Source: Pecten maximus (taxonomy: Eukaryota). Taken from it: DNA of 64,000 nt. Position 1 is the stretch's first letter; each line of letters begins with the position of its first letter. The stretch lies in assembly GCF_902652985.1 (NCBI RefSeq), contig NC_047015.1, positions 49,724,001 to 49,788,000 of the forward strand, in the 5' to 3' direction. Below are positions 1 through 12,900 of the stretch, in pieces. The notes beneath the pieces were generated by a model. It was not told the DNA's origin and did not search any database. It worked only from the letters and a program-made list of their open reading frames with translations. A program made the translations under genes and the position numbers.

Positions 1-440
1 GCTTTATTATATCATTAATACATGTAATGATGTTGACCGGTACGGTCAGGGATGTAAATTAAAGCTGTCATATATCTTTAATACAGGTACTGATGTTGAC
101 CGGTACAGTCAGGGATGTAAATTAAAGTTGTATATTATAATTAATACAGGTACTAATGTTGACCGGTACAGTCAGGGATGTAAATTAAAGCTGTAATATA
201 TCTTTAAAACAGCTACTGATGTTGACGGGTACAGTCAGGAATGTAAATTAAAGTTGTATATTATCATTAATACAGGTACTAATGTTGACCGGTACAGTCA
301 GGGATGTAGATTAAAGCTGTAATATATCTTTAACACAGGTACTAATGTTGACCGGTACAGTCAGGGATGTAGATTAAAGCTGTAATATATCTTTAACACA
401 GGTACTAATGTTGACCGGTACGGCCAGGGATGTAAATCAA
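1..440 (+). repeat. Tandem array of a 63-bp unit (~7 copies); left arm of a foldback-type element, truncated by the window start
   Basis: Unit ttaatacaggtactaatgttgaccggtacagtcagggatgtaaattaaagctgtaatatatct recurs every 63 bp (gatgtaa at 51, 114...). It is the reverse complement of the array at 4565-5710. Confidence 0.9.
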
Positions 441-470
441 TATTTGCATCTGTCTTGTTTCTGTTGTCAG

Positions 471-1101
471 TTTCCCGTGGTGCAAGTTTCACAAAGTATC
501 TAAAAGTTTGATTACCTCAATCTGTTGCCATTCGCTAGCCGTTCGCCTTTTAATGTACCATATTGTAGAATTGCGGGGAAATCTCAGCACTATATGGAAA
601 ACCTGTACACCTATCGGCTGCGATTTGTAGTTATATCGGAGAAAATAAGTTTCATCTTTAAACGGGTACATGGAGTGGATATCAGTGTCGAAAGTTTGAA
701 TTGGTATACGTAGTCATACATAATATTTTACATAAAGTGGTTAAAGATAGAAAAATTACATCACTGTATACGCAAGTAAAAATGGCAGTATCTTACATAC
801 ATACTATTAATATTCAATGGTTTTCTGTTAATCCTATGATTGATAATACAAACATACTAACTACAGAACGTGTTTATTTCAGTTGCTGACAAAAGTCTGT
901 GGGAAAGCATGAATCAATACGTATTCGATTCCTTAAGAACTCTGCAGTCAAAATTGTCCAGATGTAATGACTGCTGTAGCGGAGATTATTTATCCATCCA
1001 CTGCCCTCTATGTCCAGTTTCAAAATATAAACCCAGAGCAGCATCAAAATTACGTGCACATTTGGAAGTGCATTGAAAAACACGCATAGAAGGTAGAAAT
1101 G
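471..1101 (+). pseudogene. Decayed exons encoding a Cys/His zinc-binding fragment (RCNDCC...HCPLCP..KYKP...KLRAHLEVH*), probably a transposon protein
   Basis: AG acceptors at ~470 and ~881, gtaagt donor at ~1102, in-frame TGA at 1074-1076. By recall the CxxCC/HCPxC/HL..H pattern resembles N-terminal clusters of KDZ/Zisupton-type transposon proteins; not verified. Confidence 0.4.
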
Positions 1102-2975
1102 GTAAGTAGCGAACAAAGTCAATTCCTTAAGTAAAGAGTTATAATGATATAAGCAGGGTCCGTTTTTAGATAATTGGTCACTACTTACTAATGGGGTAAT
1201 GCTCTTTTCCGCGTCAGCGTCTACACACCTTAAAGTTATGCAGGTAAGTATTTAAAAAGATATTGTGTCCACAAGTATGCATCCTAGACCCCTCTAATTT
1301 GGCATATACAACCATTAGATATTTAAGATTGATGTCACGTCAATTTACTGTTGATTTATTGGGTAATTTTTGGACGTAACATTCGTCCTGTTAATTGTGA
1401 AAGACTTTTAAGTTTACGAATATGTATCCCATATTAGTTAATAAATAATTGTGTAACAAATACAGTTGACAATTTGATCTTAATACGTATGTATTGATGA
1501 TCAATCTCAAACGACAATGCCGAAAAACCCTGTAATGATATAACTTTTAAGATTCGCCGATTTTAGTGTCAGGACCCGAACGAAGTGAAGGTTGAAGTAG
1601 TTGGTTTCCCATCAAAATCTTTTGCGTGTCCATATTGGGTTCTCTGTAATATTTGATATATTACAATTTGTGTTAGCGATTATTACCAGCTAACATCATA
1701 CAATGGTAAATTACTACGTGAAGTGGCCAATTCAAAAAGGTGTCGTATTGTTTCTCCTTTAAAAGTGCAAGCAAAATAATGGTAATATCTGTTTCACTCG
1801 TATGACTCTTGCTTCGCACTCGAGAAAAAATGTACTTTGTTTCTGTATTAGTAATACTGATATACTGATAAAGCATATAGATCTCTTTGTGTATGAGGGA
1901 AACATTTCCTCTGGACCAAATCATTTCTTTTTCATGCTTTATAGCTAACGTCCATAATGCACCAACTACATGTGCAAGTAAAGCTAGTATTTTCTCAAAG
2001 TAGAATGTGATATTCAAAATCCCCCGCCGAATATCCAGATGACACTTTATGAAATATTTTTGCATGCCAATTAAAATCATTTGTTATGCGAAGTATAAGA
2101 ATGTGAAAAATAACTTCAATGGCAATAACACACAAATCACAAAGAATGCAGCTATCAAACTGTAATCACATCTTCACATAGTGGTGTACCACACTTCAAA
2201 ACGTAGATCTAATCCTCAGGGCACAGTAAATTTGTTCCCGAATCCCTTGACCATTACTGTCTATCATAGATTACTGTTCACAATTCTATTCCCGAAGCAA
2301 ATGTATACAAACGCGGGATCAGTTTGTGGAAACAGCTGGTCGACTCAAGGCGATAATACTCATTTATCAAACAATTAATTATAGTCATTGACACTATGGC
2401 TGTCCTGCCGTCAAGATAACACTCTTTAGTTAAAACAAGTTTTATTTCCAGATAAATGCAAAAGGACTGGACACAAGTTACCCTAGAAAGTTATCTCTGC
2501 ATTCATGTATAGATGTATATATAAAATTGTAAAGTTGCTGAAAAGATTATCTGCATATTTATCGCATCATCGAATGTGCGTGTGTGTGTGTCTTTTCTGG
2601 TCGTTAGTAAATATTAGTTGTTCGATATGTTAAGTGCTAAGAGTAAACTAATGACCCGAAATTCGAGTGGAAATTTAATTAAGTTATCTTTCAATTCTAA
2701 ACTGTCTTATTAGCCAGTGCAGGGAGATTGTTTTACCTGTCAGGACACCTGGCTTGCTAACCTTTAGTATATGTCCGATAAGGTTAAGTCATCACCTCTC
2801 CGGATTAAGGGGGGCACAACTTATTTCAAGCCTATTTGCGTGTGTCATTTTTCATGTGAAGGTATGATGAAAGTATCGTGCATGTTACTAATCAGTTTCA
2901 TCGTAAACATCTTAGCTAGGCGCACGTCAACGCTTACCTCCAAGTCTAACACAAAACAGTCTCAGAAGATTGAGT

Positions 2976-3330
2976 TTATTGTACCCCGGGGGTATACTGG
3001 AATCAGCCTGTCGGTCTGTCTGTCGTCCCATAATCGTGTCCGGACAACTCATCCTAAACCGATGGGCCGATTCCAATGAAACCTCACACGCATATAAAGG
3101 ATCGAATGTAGATTTGCATGCAGCTGTTAAAATTACAAAATTTCGGTTGGCAAGGTGGCCGGTCATTTTCAACAGGTTTTCCTTGTCCGGACAGCTTCTT
3201 AACTGGTGATCCGATTCCAATGAAACTTCACACAAATATAAAGGGTCGTGTGTAGAATTATGGTTACTATGGTAATAGGTCATTATAAAGAGCTATACCC
3301 CTCAGTCGTTTGGCCGATTTCATATTTATC
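2976..3330 (+). mobile_element. Helentron-associated (HINE/DINE-like) non-autonomous element fragment
   Basis: tttattgtacccc..ggggtatactggaatca start, (GTCY)n microsatellite, then two ~143-bp internal repeats sharing cgattccaatgaaac(c/t)tcacac (3068, 3211). Confidence 0.55.
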
Positions 3331-4102
3331 CAAAATGAAATATGAATTTGTAAGTATTCAAAATACTACAAAACTGTACTTTGCAAATAGCATGGAGGGG
3401 GAGCGGGGTATATAAGTCAGCCATCGGCTTACAGTTATAAAAGGTCATAATTTTTTTTAAAGATGTTTTATCTCCCAATACAGGTAAATATGAATGATTA
3501 GAAAACAAGAAGAGACTGTTTCATGTTTTTATGCAACACTTTAAATATCTTGAACACCTGTACTTAACGCTAAACTTTATCTTTATATCTTTTAAATTTA
3601 AGATGCGAATAGATAATTGATTGCATTCAGATGAAATTCCGTTGCGCAGAGTCTCCACATTTTACCCGAAATTCTGTAATACAAATGTATATGCGATTAT
3701 TTTTTGACGCTGATATTTCTTTATTCAGTTATTCCATTTGCTGCTATGGATAACATATATTTCTTTACCGTACGGCACTGAGATACATTTGATGCATTTT
3801 TGTGACCAGTAGTGAATACGTTGTCAGCGGTGTTACATTTGAATTATCATACTTGTTGTAATACTATTGATATATTAGTTTGTTTCTTGAAATTGATCTA
3901 TTAATGTTAAAAGATTATTTGAATACAAACTTCAAATATATGTCCGTGATAGAACATATTGGATGTTTCGTGTTCATAATATCGTAAGTGAAAACAACGA
4001 AATCATTAAAAAATGTTTTATGCACATTTAATATACGCACTATAATCCCATAGATCGTCGCCCGATTCTCAGCGATCCTCGTTGTTTCTCAAACTTTTCT
4101 TT

Positions 4103-4564
4103 ATAGAGACCAACCAACCAATTGTTTTCCCATAGACTTTAGTGTTAACGTTTTGGAGTATTTCATTCAAATTCTTGAATTCAATATGGCAATATGGTTT
4201 ATTACAAATGTTTAGGGTCTGATATAACACCTAATCAAAAAAAAAAGTTGGGTCCTTCAGCTCAAATTTTCTCCAGGGTAGCCATTTTGAAAATAGGTGA
4301 ATTTCGCAGTAAAAATTCTCAAAAATCTTAAATGTTTACCTGTTTACTATTATTACGTGAACTTTTGGGAAAAAAACCAATCGGACTTAAGAAATTTATA
4401 TCAACATTTCTTATTGATAGTTACCTATCAGGCTACATATCTATTTTCTCACTTCATAACATACTGGCCAATCAGTGGCTGCCAGACATTTTATCCTTGG
4501 CTCAACGTTCTATACACAGGGGCTGTTTCAAAAATATTTTTTTTCAATTGGTTGGTTGTTCCTT
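4103..4564. mobile_element. MITE-like element
   Basis: Inverted repeats caaccaaccaattg (4110-4123) and caattggttggttg (4546-4559); abuts the 63-bp array. Confidence 0.45.
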
Positions 4565-5710
4565 AGTACATGTATTAAAGATATATTACAGCTTGAATTT
4601 ACATCCCTGACTGTACCGGTCAATATTAGTACCTGTATTTATGATATACTACAACTTTAATTTACATCCCTGACTGTACCGGTCAATATTAGTACCTGTA
4701 TTAATGATAAAATACAACTTTAATTTACATCCCTGACTGTACCGGTCAGCATTAGTACATGTATTAAAGATATATTACAGCTTGAATTTACATCCCTGAC
4801 TGTACCGGTCAATATTAGTACCTGTATTTATGATATAATACAACTTTAATTTACATCCCTGACTGTACCGGTCAGCATTAGTACATGTATTAAAGATATA
4901 TTACAGCTTGTATTTACATCCCTGACTGTATCGGTGAACATTGGTACCTGTATTTATGATAATATACAGCTTTAATTTACATCCCTGCTGTACCGGTCAA
5001 CACCAGTACCTGCATTTAAGATATAATACAACTTTAATTTACATCCCTGACTGTATCGGTCAGCATTAGTACCTGTATCAAAGATATATTACAGCTTGAA
5101 TTTACATCCCTGACTGTACCGGTCAATATTAGTACCTGTATTAATGATAAAATACAACTTTAATTTACATCCCTGACTGTACCGGTCAGCATTAGTACAT
5201 GTATTAAAGATATATTACAGCTTGAATTTACATCCCTGACTGTACCGGTCAATATTAGTACCTGTATTAATGATAAAATACAACTTTAATTTACATCCCT
5301 GACTGTACCGGTCAATATTAGTACCTGTATTAATGATAAAATACAACTTTAATTTACATCCCTGACTGTACCGGTCAGCATTAGTACATGTATTAAAGAT
5401 ATATTACAGCTTGTATTTACATCCCTGACTGTATCGGTGAACATTGGAACCTGTATTTATGATAATATACAGCTTTAATTTACATCCCTGACTGTACCGG
5501 TCAACACCAGTACCTGTATTTATGATATAATACAACTTTAATTTACATCCCTGGCTGTATCGGTTAGCATTAGTACCTGTATTAATGATAATATACATCT
5601 TTAATATACATCCCCGACCGTACCGGTCAACATAAGTACCTGTATTTATGATATAATACAACTTTAATTTACATCCCGGACCGTACCGGTCAAGATCAGT
5701 ACCTGTATTT
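4565..5710 (-). repeat. Tandem array of the 63-bp unit (~18 copies); right arm of the foldback element
   Basis: tttacatccctgactgtaccggtc at 4661, 4724, 4787... with alternating sub-variants; reverse complement of 1-440. Confidence 0.92.
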
Positions 5711-6124
5711 ATGATAATAATAATAATGATGTAATGTTGAGAGGAACAGTTGTGATATTGCCATTCGTCTTTAAATAACACTTAATGTGTAACAAAAGCC
5801 TGTATAGACGTCACAGTACATGTTGTATCGAATGCACCCCGGTACAGTTGGGTCCTTCCGGTACAGACAGAGACATGTACAGGCGGGGATGTAGGCTTAC
5901 AGACCCTACTCTATTATTGACACCGAGGTGGTATCAAAACACGGAAGTAAACAGGTATTGTAGCATTATAAACTGTATAACATATGTACAAATAAACAAA
6001 CAGCTGGATAGGTGAAAATATGCTTGTCACACTTTCGCGATTTCGATATGTAAACCCTACGCGTGGGGGTAATTTTTACGATCGATCTACCCATTTGTTG
6101 TTCGAGATTAGGCAAACTGATATC

Positions 6125-8506
6125 TACGGAAGCCAGTTAGGGTCACAGCGAAAAAATATTTTATGTCGTAATAACGACATAATATCTCGTAATAACGACT
6201 AAGCTATGTCGTAATAAGGACTTAGTATCTCGTAATAACGACTTAGCCATGTCGTAATAACGACTTAGTATCTCGTAATAACGACTTAGCTATGTCGTGA
6301 TAACGACTTAGCTATGTCTTAACTTGGAGCAAGTCATGTGTGGTATTATTGCGTGTACAAATATACAACAGATCAACAACGACTGGGGTTAAAGCAACGT
6401 ACTCCCATACAATCTAAAATTCTAGTTGCACACATGTATTAATAGCAATCCAAGATGCTCATTCACTCTCTCCTAACATTAAAATGACCACTGGCCTGGA
6501 CGCTTGACCGGGGGAGTCCTTGAGACATCAGTGTATAAAAATATTTATCGCGAGATTTGTCACGGAGCCGAGAACGAGGCTACTATATCTGTATAACAAC
6601 GTGCACTGCACATAAACTACACACATGGCCGTTCACATATCGAGCATACATGAACAAATGTATGTATGTATGTCTAATAATGCTTTCATTTAAACATATT
6701 AACAAAATATTCGCGTAATAACTGAACAAGATAAACATAGTTTACATTTAGATACGTAGTTTTTTTAATGTATCAATATGCATACAACAAAAATTCGATA
6801 AAATTTAGATCGGTGAAGTTTGATTGAAATGCAGTGATTTGGTTGATTATTGGATGACAACTTGACTTGCTATACAAAAAGTCAAAACATTAAGATACAG
6901 GTAACAGGTTAAAAACTTCGGGTCTTCGTGACCGTCTTGGTTTAATGAGGACCATGAAATACTTACCGACAATGATAATACCTTGACACTCATATTTATG
7001 GCTGTACGTATAATCTATTTTAATACACCTGCTGTGTAAAACCATCGAAATAGTAGGTGATGAGTAACACTGGTGTCGGTGCTAAGCAGAATTCATGTCT
7101 CAACAGTTGCAATATGTTCGTTCTACTCATTTCTGAGTGTGCTTACCATGAACACCATAGTACAAACTTATTGAAGTACGCAATCCCATGGACATATATC
7201 TTTAATCGGATGATACTTAGCAATACCAATAATGAACATCAAGCTAACATGTATTTCTTACTTTTAATCATTTCGTTGATTTCACGTAAATTTAAACAAT
7301 GATAGTTCAATCACTTTATAGTCAAGTGCATTCATCGTGAGTCCCAAACACCGGTCTCATTGTTGCATTACTCAATCCATGTTCAATGAGTAAGAGCCGT
7401 TTCACAAAATGTTTGCTCGAGTCAAGTGGTTGTAGCTATTAGTGTGTAAACATTTTACAAATTCAACGATGTTTGCATTAAACCGATCAAGTTGATGCTA
7501 CAGTAACTAACTGTTACATTTTGAAAGAAATAAGGAACACAATACAAAAATGTAGTTACATTTTTTGTCATAACAAGTTTGTACAAATGATTGTTTTTAA
7601 CTTGATGGACGTTGGACCATCTATATTCTATCATGTTTCGGAGTTGAGAAGCAGATTTTTGAAATATACGTCATTTTGACCTTTTCTGGCCCCGCCTCTC
7701 AGGCTTCCGAGTGGTGAGGACCACATATTTCACAGTTTTGGTTGAACATTTATCGAATTTTGTCGCAGGTAAATTGTTTACAAACGCACAAAGGAAAACG
7801 ATGGACAAAGGGCAACCTAAAATCTTGTCTGAAAGTGGCACTGGAACAAAGAGCTTCACCTTTACCTCTCACCAATTATGATCTTTCAAATTGTTCCTTG
7901 CCAAAATGTCAACAACGTATATACTATTTAGATACTAAATGACTTACTAAGCCATATTTTACACTGCGCTCCAATATTCCAAGATGGACTTTTAATGTAT
8001 GCATATAATGTACCAAACTTGTAGAGTCCAGTTTAACATTACCAGTTTTTGTGTACTCTTAAAAACCCGAAATGGCCACTTGGTGGCGATATTGTGATTC
8101 TGGTCAGTCCCAAACAGTAAAATGCACAAGGACTAGATTCTACTACATTAGAATGTACAAATAAATTAAAATGGGATTTGAAAAAAGTTATGTGCAACAT
8201 TTTCTGATAATAAGCAATCAAAAGCTGAAACTGATCAATCCAATGAAGTCACATGTCCCAACAGATGACTTGTATATAGCTAAGTCGTTATTACGAGATA
8301 CTAAGTCGTTATTACGACATAGCTAAGTCGTTATTACGAGATACTAAGTCGTTATTACGACATAGCTAAGCCGTTATTACGACATAGCTAAGTCGTTATT
8401 ACGAGATACTATGTCGTTATTACGACATAGCTAAGTCGTTATTACGAGATACTATGTCGTTATTACGACATAATATATTTTTTCGCTGTGACCCTAACTG
8501 GCTTTA
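6125..8506. mobile_element. Non-autonomous IS3EU-type DNA transposon with 6-bp TSD GATATC
   Basis: Left end TACGGAAGCCAGTTAGGGTCACAGCGAAAAAA. Right end TTTTTTCGCTGTGACCCTAACTGGCTT-TA lacks CCG. GATATC at 6119-6124 and 8507-8512. Both arms contain 21/22-bp repeats with a GTCGTAATAACGAC core. TAY..RTA termini with a 6-bp TSD fit IS3EU. Confidence 0.75.
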
Positions 8507-9049
8507 GATATCAAATAAAACGCGAGGGGAAAATGTTCGCGATCAAAAGGACTCTGCGTAATTAGCGTAAAGAGGTACATTGTATGGTCGTTTCCCGCTT
8601 GTCCTGACCTAGGCTACGTACAGCGATAGTCTGGGCTAAAAATACAGGTAAAATATCACGTGACCCCAGTGATTCCCACACTACCAATATAGATCGTCAT
8701 GGTCCATTGGCGCGCTGTACTTTGTGAACGGATTACAATGTATGTACTCAATCAATACCATATGAAATAAAGTAAAATTGACATGTTTAATATGAATTTT
8801 ACACTTCCCATCCATGTCTGCCTGTTGTCGACGCTGCAATTCATTTACATTTTACTTTGTATGATATGGGGTAAGGCGGTTAAGGTTTTACTCTTTTTTT
8901 TATCCCAGTGAAAATTTAGTATCACAACATTTTTATCTTTATACTAAATATTTTATAGTAGATATGCATTTAATGTTGCAAATATCTTTAAAATACGATA
9001 AAGAAAAAATAAATGTTATTAAGAAACATAACAAAATATGAAAAAGGTA

Positions 9050-9120
9050 CATTTTGGTGATTCGAACTCCAAACTTTTGGGTTACAAAGCGATGGTTCTA
9101 CCATATGAGCTATGCGGACT
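9050..9120 (-). other. tRNA-like relic (Pol III A/B boxes, TGT in the anticodon-loop position), probably part of a repeat element
   Basis: Minus strand reads gtccgcaTAGCTCATATGGtagaaccatcgctTTGTAAcccaaaagtttGGAGTTCGAATCacc. Acceptor and anticodon stems do not pair, so it is not a functional tRNA. Confidence 0.45.
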
Positions 9121-9915
9121 TACGGCAATGACATGTTTATGTTATCAGATATAGTCAGTCTAGTTAATATTTTAGGTAGGTTGGTCACCGAAAAACAAAA
9201 TCCTCAGTATTGTTTAACTCAATAAACATTTTGTTCAATATTCTTTCATACTCCCTTCTTTAAAAAAATATTCTTATATCTTATTGTTCACTGATTGATA
9301 TCTATATTTCCTTTTGTTTAATCTCGTTGATTTTAAACTCTGTATAATTCAGGACACGAATGACTATACTATTGCTTTTGTATATTGCGCATATAGGCTA
9401 CTTGTTCAAATGTTCCCCCCTAGAAACCCTATCTAGAGGCAACCTGTATTTCATCTGCAGGTTCACTAATTCATAGCGATATTTTCGTATAAATATCAAC
9501 CTGGATTTTTTTTTCGGAAAAGCATTAATGGCGATTGACATTCTTTTAATTCTGCTGGGGCTGTAGGTTTTCGGACAAAACTAAACGACTGTATGAAAAT
9601 ATTGGCCTATGTAAACATACGATATGCCAAAGGGATACTCCTTAGAAGATTTTAGGCATAAAATGTTTCTGCTCTCTGGAGTATTAATCCCTATTCGTCA
9701 GATTTCTTTAACGTGCTATCATAGTAAATCCGCACATATTGTGGTGGTATAAGCATGGCTTCAGTCCTTTCTTTTGAAGTTTTTTTTTTAGAATTTCAGT
9801 TTTAACCAAAATATTTCTTCAAAGGTGGTGGAACTGTAACTTTAATGCACATAAAACCGAAATGTTGATGTTATTACCCATTTATACCTTTGTTACATTC
9901 TCATTTTGCATACAG

Positions 9916-12900
9916 AGCTCACCAGGGAGGAAGAAGAACTGCTTGAAAAGACAAAGGAAGCAAATCAGTTACTCGAGAAAACCAGAACGGAGCTGCAAAA
10001 GGAAGAAGCTCTATTGGAAAAACAAAAGAAGGCAAACGAGTTACTCTTAAAAACCATGGAGGAGCTGATGGAGGAAGAAGCACTTCTACAAAGTCAAAAG
10101 AAAGCAAATGAATCACTCTCGAAGCCGTGGATTTGTAATATTGACTGGAATTCTACCGTATGTTGAAATTTTCTATTGTTTGTATGCAGAATGCAGCATT
10201 CTGATTGGTTGATTTTTTTTCCTAAAGTGAAAACAAAAACAAAAACAAAATCTTAAATAAAAAAAAAAAACGTAACGCCACAATACGACCATTGTCGTTG
10301 CGTATTGATTTGTCAAAATAAACCCTTATCAAATAAATAAAAATGTACATAAAACTTGGTTTTAAACTTTGAAAGAACAGTTTCAGAAAATAATTATAAA
10401 CATTGATGTCAATATTCTTTTTCGTTTCATAGGAATATGACAAAAAGATTGTGCGTGCGCGCGTGCATGTAGATACATAGCCAGACACATGCCCTTACAT
10501 ATACCTGATAAAAGGCCAGACATGTAGTTAGAAACCTAGCTAGATACATGCCTATGACACTTAGCAAAGCACATAACTAGGCACATTGCCAGACACATAG
10601 ATAGTCATCTAGCCAGGCACATAACTAGTCATCTAGCCAGACACATAGGTCATAGCTAGTCATCTAGCCAGATACATAACTAGTCATCTAGCCAGACACT
10701 TAGATAGTCATCTAGTCATACACATATTAGTCATCTAGCCAGACACATAGGTCATAGCTAGTCATCTAGCCAGATACATAGCTAGTCATCTAGCCAGATA
10801 CATAGCTAGTCATCTAGACAGACACATAGCTAGTCATCTAGTCATACACATATATAGTCATCTAGTCAGACACATAGCTAGTCATCTAGCCAGACACATA
10901 GCTAGTCATCTAGCCAGGCACATATCTAGTCATCTAGCCATACATAGCTTGTCATCTAGCCAGACACTTAGCTACTCACCTAACCAGACACATAGCTAGT
11001 CATCTAGTCAGACACATAGCTAGTCATCTAGTCAGACTCATAGATAGTAATCTAGCCAGACATATAGCTAGTAATCTAGCCAGGCACATAGCTAGTCAAC
11101 TAGCCAGACACATATATAGTCATCTAGTCAGACACATAGCTAGTCATCTAGCCAAACACATAGCTAGTCATCTAGCCATACACAGATATAGACATAACTG
11201 ACACAAAAGCCAGGCACATAGCTAGTCATCTAGCCAGACACATATATAGTCATCTAGTCAGAAACATAACTAGTCATCTAGCCAGACACATAGCTAGTCA
11301 TCTAGCCATACACATAGTTCTTCATCTAGCCAGACACATAACTAGTCATCTAGCCAAACACATAGCTAGTCATCTAGCCATACACATAGCTAGTCATCTA
11401 GCTAGACACATAGCTAGTCATCTAGTCATACACATAGCTTTCCATCTAGCCAAACACATAGCTAGTCATCTAGCAATACACATAGCTATTCATCTAGCCA
11501 AACACATAGCTAGTCATCTAGCCAGATACATAACTAGTCATCTAGCCAGACACTTAGATAGTCATCTAGTCATACACATATATAGTCATCTAGCCAAACA
11601 CATAGGTCATAGCTAGTCATCTAGCCAGATACATAGCTAGTCATCTAGCCAGATACATAGCTAGTCATCTAGACAGACACATAGCTAGTCATCTAGTCAT
11701 ACACATATATAGTCATCTAGTCAGACACAAAGCTAGTCATCTAGAAAGACACATAGTTCTTCATCTAGCCAGACACATAGCTAGTCATCTAGCCAGACAC
11801 ATAGCTAGTCATCTAGCCAGACACATAGTTCTTCATCTAGCCAGGCACATAGATAGTCATCTAGTCATACACATATATAGTCATCTAGCCAGACACATAG
11901 GTCATAGCTAGTCATCTAGCCAGATACATAGCTAGTCATCTAGCCGGATACATAGCTAGTCATCTAGACAGACACATAGCTAGTCATCTAGTCATACACA
12001 TATATAGTCATCTAGTCAGACACAAAGCTAGTCATCTAGCCAGACACATAGTTCTTCATCTAGTCAGACACAAAGCTAGTCATCTAGCCAGACACATAGC
12101 TAGTCATCTAGCCAGACACATAGCTAGTCATCTAGCCAGACACATAGTTCTTCATCTAGTCAGACACAAAGCTAGTCATCTAGCCAGACACATAGCTAGT
12201 CATCTAGCCAGACACATAGCTAGTCATCTAGCCAGACACATAGTTCTTCATCTAGCCAGGCACATAGCTAGTTATCTAGCCAGACAGAGCTAGTCATCAA
12301 GACAGACACATAACTAGTCATCTAGCCAGACACATAGTTCTTCATCTAGCCAGACACATAGCTAGTCATCTAGTCAGACTCATAGATAGTAATCTAGCCA
12401 GACATATAGCTAGTCATCTAGCCAGGCACATAGCTAGTCATCTAGCCAGACACATATATAGTCATCTAGTCAGACACATAACTAGTCATCTAGCCAGACA
12501 CATAGCTAGTCATCTAGCCATACACATAGCTAGTCATCTAGCCAAACACATAGCTAGTCATCTAGCCATACACATAGCTAGTCATCTAGCCAAACACATA
12601 GCTAGTCATCTAGCCATACACATAGCTACTCATCTAGCCAGACACATAGCTGGTCATCTAGTCATACACATATAGTCATCTAGTCAGACACATAGCTAGT
12701 CATCTAGCCAAACACATAGCTAGTCATCTAGCCATACACATATATAGACATACCTGACACAAAAGCTAGGCACATTAACTAGACACCTAGCTGCTATTTC
12801 CGTTTTGACAACATGGTTGTGTACGTTGGCAAGATTTGAAATACTACATCTGTATCTCTGTAGGTAAACATTACCTATTCTTGGCCTACTTTTGTAATTT

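Larger units (their letters stand above)
1..5913. mobile_element. Foldback-like DNA transposon relic with long inverted arms built of 63-bp tandem repeats (left end outside window)
   Basis: Inverted arrays at 1-440 and 4565-5710 enclose a decayed Cys/His-rich coding relic. Candidate right terminus ...cagaccctactcta at 5913 has subterminal copies of the ccggtacag and gggatgta motifs. Confidence 0.6.

Noticed and set aside
4565-5781. Regularly spaced repeats resembling a CRISPR array, and the 125-aa repeat ORF
   Set aside because: Whole units repeat with no unique spacers, there are no cas genes and the context is eukaryotic; the ORF is just the translated satellite.
9050-9120. Functional tRNA-Thr gene
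   Set aside because: Only the A/B boxes and loop motif remain; the stems do not pair.
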